A stretch of 64,000 nucleotides of DNA. It comes from Dimorphilus gyrociliatus (Eukaryota; Animalia; Annelida). The notes beneath the pieces are model-generated. The model searched no databases and was not told where the DNA came from. It was given only the letters and a program-made list of their open reading frames with translations. The DNA lies in contig CAJFCJ010000068.1 of the NCBI GenBank assembly GCA_904063045.1, positions 78,453 through 142,452 of the forward strand, in the 5' to 3' direction. A program made the translations under genes and the position numbers. This document shows positions 47,205-59,100 of the stretch, in pieces. The stretch's first letter is position 1, and each line of letters opens with the position of its first letter.

Positions 47205-50200
47205 ATGGAAATTGCAAAGAATTTGTTTGTAATTTTATGGATTTCATTCCAACTATTTTTTGAGACAAAAAATACTTATCTTTCTGGTGATATTTACTTA
47301 AATCTCACTAAAAGGCATTCCTATAAAGTTAAAGGAATTTTAATGGCAAAATTGTCAAATGACACTACAAATTATTACATAAGATATAAACAATGATCTA
47401 CCAGCTTTTCCAGAGAAATATGCAAAACATTAGGATACAATGATTTCCATTCAACTGCACTCATTCAAGATATATCTGAAGGGAATAGATTCCTCATCTT
47501 GTATGATAGAGAAGCTGTTTGTTGTATATTGTAAGTATTAAAAGAAGAGGATTTTCTTTCTTTATTTCAAATTCAAATTCAAATAGCACTTTGTTTCTTG
47601 ATGGAAAACAAACAAAGACAAAAAATTCTGCTGTAGTTTTATCTTGCTTTTTAAAAAATGAGTCATCATGTAAGAGAGAGAGTAAACATTAAATTTTCCA
47701 TAAAAATTATGGTCCTTTCCCTTTGTTATCTAGTTTTGTTTTTTCATACATTTTCAAAGGGAAATAACTTTTTAACTACAAAATTAAACAATATTTTTTA
47801 TCATTTTCAGATCTATTTTCTTTGAAAATTGAACAAAGTAAATTTGTTGTATTTTTAAGAAAAAGTATGGAAAATTTTCTTGTTCAAGGAAATTTTCAAT
47901 ACAAAAATAATCTATGTAAATCAACTGAATTCTATTACATTAAACAAATTGAATATAACTGAAAAGTTGGTGTTTGTGTTAATGTGTTGAACAATGGAAA
48001 TTATTCAATAGAAGAAGAATTGATAGATCTCAACAAGAAACTTGAATGTTCTTTTATAGAATTGAAAGGTAAATACTTTTTTTTTTAAATTAGAGAAAAA
48101 AAGACTGTTCAAATAATTTTTTCTTTCTAAAAGATTTGGAATTAAATATTTACAATTCAAAGAGTTCATGGTTATTATTAAAAAAAAAGTACTATAGGAT
48201 CATATAAAGTAAATGTAACACATTATCTAAAATCCAAAACTATTAGAATCTTTGTACCATTTTTTATGGCAACTATTGAAAAAAAACTTGCTTGTTCATA
48301 CCTATGTTCACTTTTAAACAAGACAATAGAAACTGAAATATGTAGAGATTCCTAATATGATTTTGCAGTTAAATTCTTTCAACTATTTTCTTCATTTCTT
48401 ATATTTTACAATAAATATTTTCCTTTATTTTTCCATGTTTTTTTACCAGGAAGGACAACCAGTTTTTAAAAATTATTTTCAGTTGATGGAATTTTAAAAG
48501 ATGATATTCAATTTTTCACAATAAAAAACTCCAATAAAATGTCTACTTTTGAAGGAATTCTAAAAGCAAGGATATTGAAAGATAATTCTGAATTTTTTGT
48601 CAGATATAACCTCGACATTCCAATTATAACATTAAACTCAATTTGCAAAAAATTAGGCTATAAATCTCTTCATTCTTTACATTTCCCATGGAAAATATCT
48701 AAAAAGATGGCTGCTAATAATTCTAGTTTTGTACAAATTCTATACAATTTGAATTTTTCCTGTTATATGTAAATTTTTTGAGATCATTAAGAGAGGAAAT
48801 ATCACTGCCCATACTAACAGTTTCTATTGTTTTATCAGTAAAATATACAGGTACGGATGAAAGCGAGTGCAGTTGGTTTTCTGTTTTTTTACAATGCATA
48901 ATGAACATATTTACAACAACCTTTTATTGCAATAGATCATCTTGCCCTTATGGACAATATCTGTGCCAAAGGGAAAAATATTGCATTTCTATTAAACAAA
49001 TACGTGATGGAATAAGTGATTGTTGCCTTGGTGATGACAAATCAGTCTATTGTCAAAGCAGAAGTGATGAAATTCTTTGTTCATTACAAACAATTGGGGA
49101 GGTGCCCAAGGTGGACAGTTGAAAATTTTAAATATTTAAAAAATATCAAAATTAAAGGTTCAATGCCAAAAAAATTTCTACAATCCTCTTTAGACTTAAT
49201 GATTTTGAGTATTGAAGATGTTCAGTACAATTTTCACTTTTCATCCAATCTTTTTCTGAATTTGATTCATTTAAATCTCTTGAACATAACAACCAAGAGT
49301 CTAGTGAACAATTTAAAATTCAACTCCTCCATGAAGCTATTACAATATCTGGACATTTCTAAAAATCCAATCATTAGCTTATCATTCCTCTCCTCTCACT
49401 TCAATTGTACAAATTTAAGATATTTGGATATTTCATCAACAAGCATCACTTTTTTGAAAAAATTCGATTTTAAATTATTACATGTCTTTTGGTGTTTTGG
49501 AATTACTGGCTTCCTGGGTAACACATTTGTCATTTTCTGGAACTTTGTTCTTGTAAAAGACTATAGGCTTTACCACCTACTCTTACTATTTAGTGACATT
49601 TTAACCTCTTTCTACGTATTATTCATTGGGATAGCAGACGCCTATTTTTCAACATCCTATTTGGAGAAGGACGAAAATTGGAGAAATGGTCCCTTCAGCC
49701 AATTCTTAGGAGCGAATATGATATTTTTGCTAATCCTCTCCTCATTTAGCACAATACTACTAACGTTGGAGTTAATCCATTTTCAAAGTCAATATATGAC
49801 AAACACACCTACAAATTTATATTCCCTTCAATAATATTCAGTTTAATCATTTCAAACATTCCATTTATTTATGATAAAAGAATACACAATTCAACACCAA
49901 TATGTTTCTATATACATATTAGAAAGGAACAGGGTCATTTCTGGATAATATCATTCATCCTTTTTGGAATAATAACACCGTTATTTAGCTTTATAATTGG
50001 ATTTTTATATATAAATATTATAAGAACTTTGTCAAAATTTAGTAAAGCTTTCGAAAAAAATACAGGTAAAAGGACTGTAAAGAAAAGCATCATAATTATA
50101 ACAATTTCGAATATTTCAACCTGGACAATATTTTCAATATTAGGTTATTCTTTCATTTTCTCGCTTATAGGGCAGTGTAGATAAACAGGAAAATACCATT

Positions 50201-50399
50201 TTTAAGCCTAACCCTTTTGAAATATTTCACAGGAATAGCATCGTTCTTTTACAAGAATAAACTCAATAATAGTCAATTAGGCCTATTTGTTTCAATTTTG
50301 CTACCTTTAAATTCAATTTTAAATCCATTTTCTCTATCACTCAAAGAATATATAAGATATAGAAATATGAAGAAGATACTAAGTATTCAAGAAAGGTAG
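47205..50399 (+). pseudogene. SRCR-like - LDLa - LRR - 7TM receptor pseudogene
   Basis: Signal peptide; KGILMAK...ICKTLGY with in-frame TGA at 47394-96; EGILKAR...ICKKLGY; LDLa (CISIKQIRDGISDCCLGDD); LRRs; internal deletion joining LRR to TM1 (FGITGFLGN); frameshift near 49830; TM7 LLPLNSILNPF. Confidence 0.85.
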
Positions 50400-50623
50400 G
50401 CAAGAATTGTTGCAATCACTCATTTCCTCCCTCTATACCACCATTGAACTCTCCTTTCAATCAGAGATTTTTTACTTGTAAAAGTGAGAAATGATACTCT
50501 TGACCGAGGTATTTCACCTTCTATACAACTTTACTTTTTTTTCTCTAATAAAAATCTATCTTCTCCAGTTTCTGACTTTTATAAAAGTTTATAAAGAGGT
50601 ATTTTTCATTTATAGAAATATTC

Positions 50624-51258
50624 TGTACAACTTTGGTTATATTTTACATGCTTGAACTCTATTATTTTATGCAACATATACATGTACATCTTAAAACCTA
50701 CGCAAGAAAATGCTATAACATTGGCCAAACATAAGTCTGATTAGTCAGCTTGAAGGCTCATCTTTAATTACCAATAAAGGTTTGGCCAGGTTATAATTTA
50801 ATTAACTTGCCTAGGGTGTGGCCAAGTTATAATTCAATTAACCTTCCTAAATGTTGAACCTTGTAACATCCTGTTACTAAAGATAAATATGAACTACACA
50901 TTTCGGCAACTGTAAAGTGATGATTGGATGTCAGAGACAAACCTCAAAGTATATAAATTCTCATTATTCTCATTTGGCATGCAGCTTCCATCTGGACCCA
51001 AGGACCTGGGAAAATCATCTGGAAACAACCTCCACTGGAACCATCCATCTACTCCTCAACATTGGAAGACAGTTTGGTAATTTGGCAACCTGCTATTACA
51101 AACTATCTACTCTGCTATTGAACTCTCATATTGTTACTTGCTTAAGTATTATTATTGCGAATAAACCATTTTAATTTAAACATTTGTTTAAAGGTTCGAG
51201 TAGAACCAGTATTGTTATAACTTGCAAACGCATAGATTTTGCCAGCAAGAGCAGTACA
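50624..51258 (+). repeat. 5' LTR
   Basis: TGTAC...GTACA termini; TATATAAA near 50950; AATAAA near 51160. Differs from the 3' LTR at 4 positions (50757, 50789, 50904, 50959), all transitions. Confidence 0.97.
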
Positions 51259-51262
51259 AATT

Positions 51263-51280
51263 TGGCGCAGTCGACAGGAT
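51263..51280 (+). promoter_or_regulatory. Primer-binding site, tRNA-Ser type
   Basis: TGGCGCAGTCGACAGGAT, 4 nt after the LTR; complementary to ...AUCCUGUCGACUGCG-CCA, the 3' end pattern of eukaryotic tRNA-Ser(AGA). Confidence 0.85.
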
Positions 51281-51318
51281 ATTCTTTTGGTTTATTCAAA
51301 AGTTTTGAGAAAGTAAAT

Positions 51319-52430
51319 ATGGCAGAAGGAGGAAATGGAAACGCCACTGGGGCAGTTACAGACTCTAACCCTTCAACCCAGCAACTCCAACAATTACAAT
51401 TCAGCCAGCAGGAATGTCAGAAAGGCAACAAAGACTAATTGAAGACTATGATAGATTGGTGAGTGAAATGAAAAGAAATCGAATCACAATTCCAACAGAT
51501 CATGGAGATGGAACACATCACCCAGCACAGAACCCAAATGTTGATATCACAACAGTAATTCAAGCATTAAGGGCTGCTTGGGACCGCCCTCAAAGAACTA
51601 TTCTCAAGTTGTATGATGGAAGCAAGGAGTGTTCAAAATTCAAAGAAGACTTTAATCAGGCATGTTATGCTTATGGTTGGATAGGAGAAGATGTTGTGAA
51701 AGCAAATCTTTTAGATTATTTAACTGGTCCTGCAAAGGATTTGGTGTTGGCTCTGGATGGAGAGCCTACTGTGGAGGAAATATGGAAAGCCCTCCATGAC
51801 GAATTTGATCTAGATCCTTTGGAGTATCAGGAGAAATTGCTTAACTTAAAGCAAATGAATGGCGAAAGTGTGGTTCAGTTTGTTAATAGAGCAAAGAAAT
51901 TGATAAAGAGGTTTTCTCCACCTAGACCAATGGAACCACAATTGCTTGCAACTATGAAGAAATAAAACTGATGGAAAGTTTTACAAAGAGGATTACAACA
52001 GGATATTCTACATTTAGTGTACACCTTACATCCTAAATGTCAAACATTGGCAGAACTATATGAGGCTGCTAAGCAAGCAGAAACTTCATTAAAACTAACT
52101 CAAAGAAAACCGATCACAATGGTGTCAAAATTGGAAACTCAACAAAGAAAAGAGACCAAAAAGACCCAGGTAATCAGAAAAGATGCTTCTACAGAAACCC
52201 CAAATTTCTGGAATAGAAAGCATGTACCTGACAACAAAAATGCTACTAAAGAAAAGTTTTCAAGCCAAAAAGTCCAAAGTATGCACCAACTACAACAAAT
52301 AGGTATTATAAGAAAAATCAACCAGCAAAGACGATACTGAAAGAGGAACCTAAGCTACAAAAATTAGAAACATTAGACAATGAAAGCATGTCAGAAAACG
52401 ACGAAGTCAAGATATTCTCTGTTTTTCAGA
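51319..52430 (+). pseudogene. gag: gag, frameshifted
   Basis: LKLYDGSKECSKF...YGW...LLDYLTGPAKDL; FTRGL..D...V....CQTLAELYEAA. Frameshifts near 51405, 51950, 52320. Confidence 0.85.
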
Positions 52431-55400
52431 TAGTGACGAATCCACTTGTCAGCTGTTACAAAGCAAACAATCTGAGCGAAATGCTTCAACATTTATTGGA
52501 CAATTTGAAACTAATACTGGTTTTAAGTTTGATGCCTTGATAGACTCTGGTAGTGACAGATCTTTCATTTCAAAAAAGGTATTAAGACAAGTTCAAGGAA
52601 AAGCATCCTTCCCAGAACAAACTGTGAAAAATGCTAGAGATGCTTCAGGAAATAGCATCGAGATATGTGGAGAAATCATTCTCAGACTTTATTTTAATGA
52701 AAAGATTATTACAACNTATTGGGTGTGACTTTCTACAACAAAATGGAGCTACCTTGACTTTGGCAGAGACAGATTATACTCCAGCAGGTACAGAAAAGAA
52801 TTACCCTGTTGGAACACACTTATCTTTCAAAGGGTTTTACCCAGTTCCTCTTATTATGAAAAAGAATGAGAGTCAAATACATACCCTTCAGACAACAATT
52901 GAACAAGAAAATCCCGAGATGAAGAACAAAGTTACCCAAATTCTGGCAAAATATAAAGAAACTATTGCAGAAGACAGATTTGATATTGGCAATCCAGAGG
53001 TACCACCCTTGGAAATAACTCTTGAACCAGGTTCAACACCATATAGACAAGGCCATATAGAATGCCTCCTCAAAAACAAGAAGAATGTAAGCAACAGATA
53101 GCTGAATTGGTAAAAAGCAAAGTTATTCAACCAAGCAAGAGCAATTGGGCTTCACCAATTGTTTTCGTAAGAAAGAAGGAAGGTAGTCTACGAATGTGTG
53201 TAGATTATAGAAAACTAAACAAAATGACAGTTAAAAACAAGTATCCACTGCCAAATCAAGATGATCTTTTTGACCATTTGGGAGGAGGAAATAAATTCTT
53301 TTCTACAATGGATTTGACAAGTGCATACCACCACATTAACATCAAGAAAGAAGATAGGTCTAAAACAGCATTTATTACACCTTTTGGCTTGTTTGAATTT
53401 ATTAAGATGCCTTTTGGATTAACCAATGCCCTCCTCATTTTAGTTATGTAATGAATTCATTTGTGCTAAAGGATGTAAAGCATTTGTGCCTAAACTACCT
53501 TGATGACATAATAATATTTACCAAGTCGCTGGACCAACATTGGGAAGCATTGGAGACCATTCTTCAACAGATTCAAAAGTACAATTTTAAGATTAAACTA
53601 AGTAAATGTGTGTTTTTGAAAGAACAAGTTCAATTCTTGGGACACATTGTATCAGAAAAGGGGATTGAAACAGATAAGTCCAAGACAGATAAATTATATA
53701 ATTTACAGCCACCAGTGTTTGCAAATTCACTACTAAGCTTTGTTGCATTTTGTGGCTATTACAGAAAATTTATACAAGATTTTGCAAGAGTAGCTAAACC
53801 TCTGTATATGTTAATGAAATACATGGGAAAAAGGATAAATTGCAATGGACTGAGGAAGCCAAGCAATCATTTTTCAAGTTGAGAGATGCAGTAGTTAACC
53901 CTCCTGTATTACAACTACCTGATTTTGCTAAAGATTTTCACTTAACAACAGATGCATCGAATGTAGCTGTAGGAGGAGTTCTTGAACAAGTTTATGTAGA
54001 TGAGAATGGGAAGAAAACAATGAAACCCATTGCCTACGCTTCAAAACAATTCAACAATAATCAAATGAAATATGCAGCCTATCAAAAGGAAGCATTTGGG
54101 TTTACTGGGTTGTAAAGAAATTTTTACATTACCTTCAAGACAAGCCATTCTTTTTATATACTGACCATCAGAGTCTAGTACAACATTTAAGCAAAACAAA
54201 TTGAATGTCAGCACAGCAAAATGGGTCATGGCTTTAATGGATTTAAAATTTACAATTAACTATGTGACAGGACGAAAAAATAGAGCAGATGCATTAACAA
54301 GATTAGAAGAATATACACCCCAAGGAAAGTAACATTTGAAGAGCTAATTCATGGAAAGATCAAAAAGGAGAATTCTCCCTCTATTTCAGTTAAAATGGAA
54401 CAGTATGAACATACACCAGAGTTAACTTTTGTAGCTACCAGTGATAACAGTGAAGAGAAAATTGATTTGTCTTCTGTTGACTTACAGTCAGAGCAAGAAA
54501 AAGATGTGAATTTAAAATCAATTAAAGAATATTTAACATTGGATGGTCAGCTACCTATTCCTTATTTTGGAACTTTTACACCTTTCATAATGGAGATGTT
54601 TGTTCACAAGGAAATGATCTGGATTATCCTTGAAGAAAGAAACATTCTGGTTTTACCTGACCATTTGATGCTAACTCTGCTCCCTAAATTCCATAAAAAT
54701 AAAATTCACAATCACCATGGACCCAGAATGACATTACAAATAATTACAAAGACCTTTTGGCACCCAAAATTAAAGATTATGATTGAGAATTCAATAAAGG
54801 ATTGCACTTTGTGTGAACAAATGAATGGTAGGAGTAGAGTATACCTTTGGTAGAAACCTTTCACCCTGCATCACCAATGGAGTTGGTAGCCATGGATATA
54901 ATGGGACCCTTACCCATGGTTAAGTCATACAGATTCATACTTGTGATAGTGGATCATTTCAGTAGATACACAGTTTTATATGCACTCAAACAGCAAACCA
55001 GTAAAGAAATTGCAAACCTTCTTTTCAACAGATTTTTTCCCATTTTTGGAATTCCAAAACAAATGTTGACAGATCAAGGAAGAAACTTTGTTGGTAAAGC
55101 TTTTAAAGAGTTTATGAAGGTATTAGGTATTGAGAAAATCCAAACAACAGCTTATAGAAGCCAGAGCAATGGACTAGTTGAACGAAGAAATAGAGAAGTG
55201 AGGAAGGAAATCAATAAATTAGTGGTGGAAGAAAATCAGCATAACTGGGTTGCAAACCTACCCTTGATTCAAGCATTTTTGAATCAATCACCTGTAGGAA
55301 GTACAGACTACCACCCCAGGAACTTCTTTTTGGCACCAGCACAAGAACACTGGATTGATGTAACAATGCCATACTACCTCTCCTGAAACAAATGTACTAT

Positions 55401-55720
55401 TTGTATTCAATCACCAGCAGCAATTAGTACAGTTAAGAGCTACAGCCTTCTGTAAATCCATCATGGCAAAAGAACAATATAGGGAAAGAAAGAATAGAAA
55501 TCTCAATCTTCCAAAATATTTTGAGGTTGATGATGAAGTATTCTTAAGAAAATGATGCTGCAAGAATTGCAATAACAAAAATCCCTTCTTTAAAATGGTT
55601 AGGCCCATACCGAATAACAAAAGTCAATCATCAAAAGTGGATATATGAAATACAAATGGATGATATACATGCAAGTTGGTACATGGTAGCAGATTAAGAC
55701 TAGCCAATGAATCTAATAAG
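52430..55720 (+). pseudogene. pol: pol (protease, RT, RNase H, integrase), multiply frameshifted
   Basis: ALIDSG; SPIVFVRKK..LRMCVDYRKLN; MPFGLTNA; YLDD; LTTDASNVAVGGVL; HHCC; MDIMGP, TDQGRNF, SNGLVER (DD35E); WLGPY...VHGSRL. Mostly single-base indels; one N at ~52716. Confidence 0.95.
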
Positions 55721-55819
55721 TTGGAAACAGGGAAAGAAGCAACAACAATCTTTCACCTTGTGGAGAAGGAAATAACACACCTCCAATATCTTTCTCAGGT
55801 AGAAGGAAGAAATGACTTC

Positions 55820-56150
55820 CAATTCCGTTTGAAGAATCAAAAAGGCCAAGAAGTCATTGCCTTGTGTGACACAGGAGCATTGAGATCCTTTATTACTGAA
55901 AAAGAAATCAAGTTAATGGATTTACAATTATGGATAAAGAAACAATTGGCTTACCAATTATAACTTCAGCTGATGGGAAAGCTTTAAAGCAAAAAGGAAG
56001 CGTAAAGCTGAATATCCAATTTGCTGGAGAAAGTATGGAACAGAATTTATAGTTATGGAAAATCTAGACATAGCAATAATACTTGGTTGTGATTTCCTAC
56101 AAACTGTGGGAGCAAACCTCAATTTTGAAGCTAAACAGTGTTCTCTCAAA
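55820..56150 (+). pseudogene. Second retropepsin-like aspartic protease domain (PR2) downstream of integrase
   Basis: VIALCDTGALRSFI (DTG at 55868-55876)...SADGKAL..KGSVKL...ILGCDFLQTVGANLNF. Two 1-nt frameshifts (~55920, ~56030). Confidence 0.88.
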
Positions 56151-59100
56151 TTTGATAGAAGGAAAGGGAACCTGGCTGAAAGAATAAGGCAACCTCAACT
56201 AAACAAAGTCACTATAGCCATGATGGGACAGCATGACTCTTCATCAGAAAGTTCAGATAGTGATGACTCAGAGATGGAAGTTACTAATTCTGATACTGGT
56301 TATGACACAAGCAATACTTTCAAAACAGACAGTAATTACAGTCTCAATGAACCTTCAAGCTCATCTGAAAGTGATGACACAGAAACAAATAATGAACTGG
56401 ATCAAAATACAGATTCAGAGGCAAACATTATCTCTGATAGAGAAGATGAAATATCTAGTTCAGACGATGAGTCAATAATTATTGAAAGCGAAATTATTGA
56501 TATAACCCATTCGGATAATGAGTCAATAATTATTGAAGGTGAAATTATTGACATAACCCATTCAGATAATGAGTCCCTCATAGTGGTAGATTCATCCCAA
56601 GATGAGAAAGAAAATACAAGTGACACAGACAATGAGTCAGTCATATTTTTAGATGAGACTAAAATCATCTCTGAACCAATTAGATTCCCAACAAGAAGTG
56701 GAACCACAATATATAGAGTTAGAAGATGGAATAACTATCAGAGTGGACAACAACACAAAATTTTCAACCATTCAACTATAGCCAACACAGGAAGAGCTAA
56801 CATGAAACAGATGTTGTGGCTTCCACTAGTGATGACTGTAATGGTGATCTGTGGCTGCATCCACTCAATAACAGTCCCAAAACCATCCTACCAAGGTGCC
56901 CATGTTACAAGTGCAAACATTACCTTAACATTTAAACCACCGTTATACTTTTGTTCTAACCAACTACCAAGCCAGGCATTTGATCTAGCAGATGAGCCAA
57001 CTTGTAATATAGAATCACAAGAAACCAAGACAATTACAGCTGATATCTATGAATTGAACTTGGAAGAAATTGAAACAAGAGCAGTAAAATGTCAAGTGTA
57101 TCTAAGAACTAATTTTTACACTTACTATTTCTTTGGAGCAAAGAAGAGGAGGATTGTTAACTCAGTTATCAAAGTAACTCATGATCAATGCAGACAGATG
57201 ATAAAAGACAAACGATCTTTTCAAGGAAAACCTTTAATGGTGAAAAGAAACACTTGGATCCACCAAGATCAGTTTCCTGCTGCCTACACATGGCCAACAA
57301 CGACCAAGGTGCTGGAATACACCACAATTATCCAGTTTGGCAAAGCATATTGGCAACCTCCTAATATGAAAATTACAACTAATCTGGACTACCTGGAAGA
57401 TTGTTTACCAGGGCAGTCCTATTGTGAAACAGAAGAGGCAATTATTGTCTTTAGGAACCTCAAGAATAATTACACACTTGGGCAACAATCACCATGGATA
57501 AAAATTAGCAACAGAATTAGTTGTATCAAATTTGCTGGTCACTATTCTTGTCCAGGGTATTCTATTCTGGACATCCCTTATCAAGATAAGTTTATTGATG
57601 GAATTGGTGGTCCTGGAACAAAAGTACTAGTACCACTGGAGGAACAGAGTTTAATACAGGAAACAAGCAAGGAACACCTATACAATTTGCTACAATATCA
57701 GAAGATTGGCAAGAATGAAGAAAAACGACTATTAAACTATCCCAATAAAGTTAAAGAACAAATTATACTATACAAGCGAAACAACCCCTTACCAAGTCTT
57801 AACCAATGGTACAGAGAAACAAACACAAAGTATAAACTAATGAGAAATAAAGGCACACTCAAGGAAGTTGTGATATATCATCTACAACAACCCATTAGTC
57901 CATCTTACTGGGAGCTGGATAACTATTATATCCAAGAAATGCTGCAAGCAGTCAATTGGACAAGGGCAACAAGACAATCTGTCACGATTTCAAAATATGT
58001 ATACAGTGAGAAAAGAATCAAAAAGAAGGTATTACCAACATTGGGCATATGGTATAAAGGACCACCAGCCAGAGAATTCAAGATTACCTATGAAGGAATT
58101 TATTTTACTCTACACATGAGAATGGCTAAAAAGCAGATGAAGAAGGAAGCAAAACTGAAACATAAGATAAGTAAAAACCCATACCACAAATTCCCATTGG
58201 AAATGAGAGAAGCTGCCCAAACATCTACCTTACTACATGGTATTGATTCAAATTTTAAGAATTTAAAAAAGTTTACCCAACAGCTGTCAAGTCTTCTCTG
58301 CAATCAATTTGTTCAAAGAAGCAGAATGATGGCATTACTAGCAAATTTGGATCCTCAATTGACCACAGTGTTAACAAATGAGTTGGGAATGCACAGTAGT
58401 CAGATGGGAGAATTAGCTATAATTAAACAATGTTCACCAATAGCCTCAACAGAAGTAGTTTGTGACTTAAGCATGATAAAAAAGAATAACAAATGTTCTC
58501 AATTTTTACTTGTCACCATGAACAACCTGCTTTTCCAAGTAGAACCAGTTACTCATGTTTTACAGCAAGTCAATCCTGAAGAGATTACCTATAATGAGTG
58601 TAAGTCTAACAAGTTATTCTACAAAACAACTCACAACCCATTAAATCCTATAAGAAACCAACCAATGAAAGACAAAACGTATGTGTATTATTCAGAAAGA
58701 GGATGCAGATTTCACACTGTGTCTGCAAAATCCATGCAGTTACATATCCACAATCACCTTTCTGAACCAAAAATTGAAATTGCCAGATTAGCTGATCTAC
58801 TCCACCATGGGGTAAAGAAGGATATTGCATACCAGCACTCAAAAATTAAGCAAGTTATCAGTTCACTGGAACAGAAGCAGGCAAGGTATGATAACATGGT
58901 CACTGTTGCAGAGAAAAATGGCATTGTACCCAATTTATCTGGACTTAAACAGTTTTTCCATAGTTGGTACTATAAACCTGGGAAAACACTTTATGTTATC
59001 ATACGAAATATTTGTTTGAGTATTGTAGTGTCAATGGTATGTATCATCATTTTCAACTATATTATTGGAAGAAGAAAACAAAGAGAAGAAATTGCTACCC

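Noticed and set aside
1399-47396. In-frame TAA/TGA in receptor genes as stop-codon reassignment or readthrough
   Set aside because: Long ORFs (354, 439, 343, 1055 aa) have no internal stops and end in ordinary stops; the same broken genes also show frameshifts and deletions.
50917-51174. 85-aa ORF present in both LTRs (also 59547-59804)
   Set aside because: GTG start, no motif, and conservation simply reflects LTR identity; the diverged copy at ~28.3 kb shares only part of it.
51263-51280. tRNA gene
   Set aside because: Only an 18-nt complement of a tRNA 3' end including CCA, at the canonical PBS position; no cloverleaf.
52340-52440. Programmed -1 gag/pol frameshift site
   Set aside because: An overlap exists, but the many nearby accidental frameshifts and the lack of a clear X XXY YYZ heptamer prevent a call.
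56233-59019. Short alternate-frame and antisense ORFs over env (and similar ones over pol and receptor genes)
   Set aside because: Shadows of the main coding frame with no motifs.
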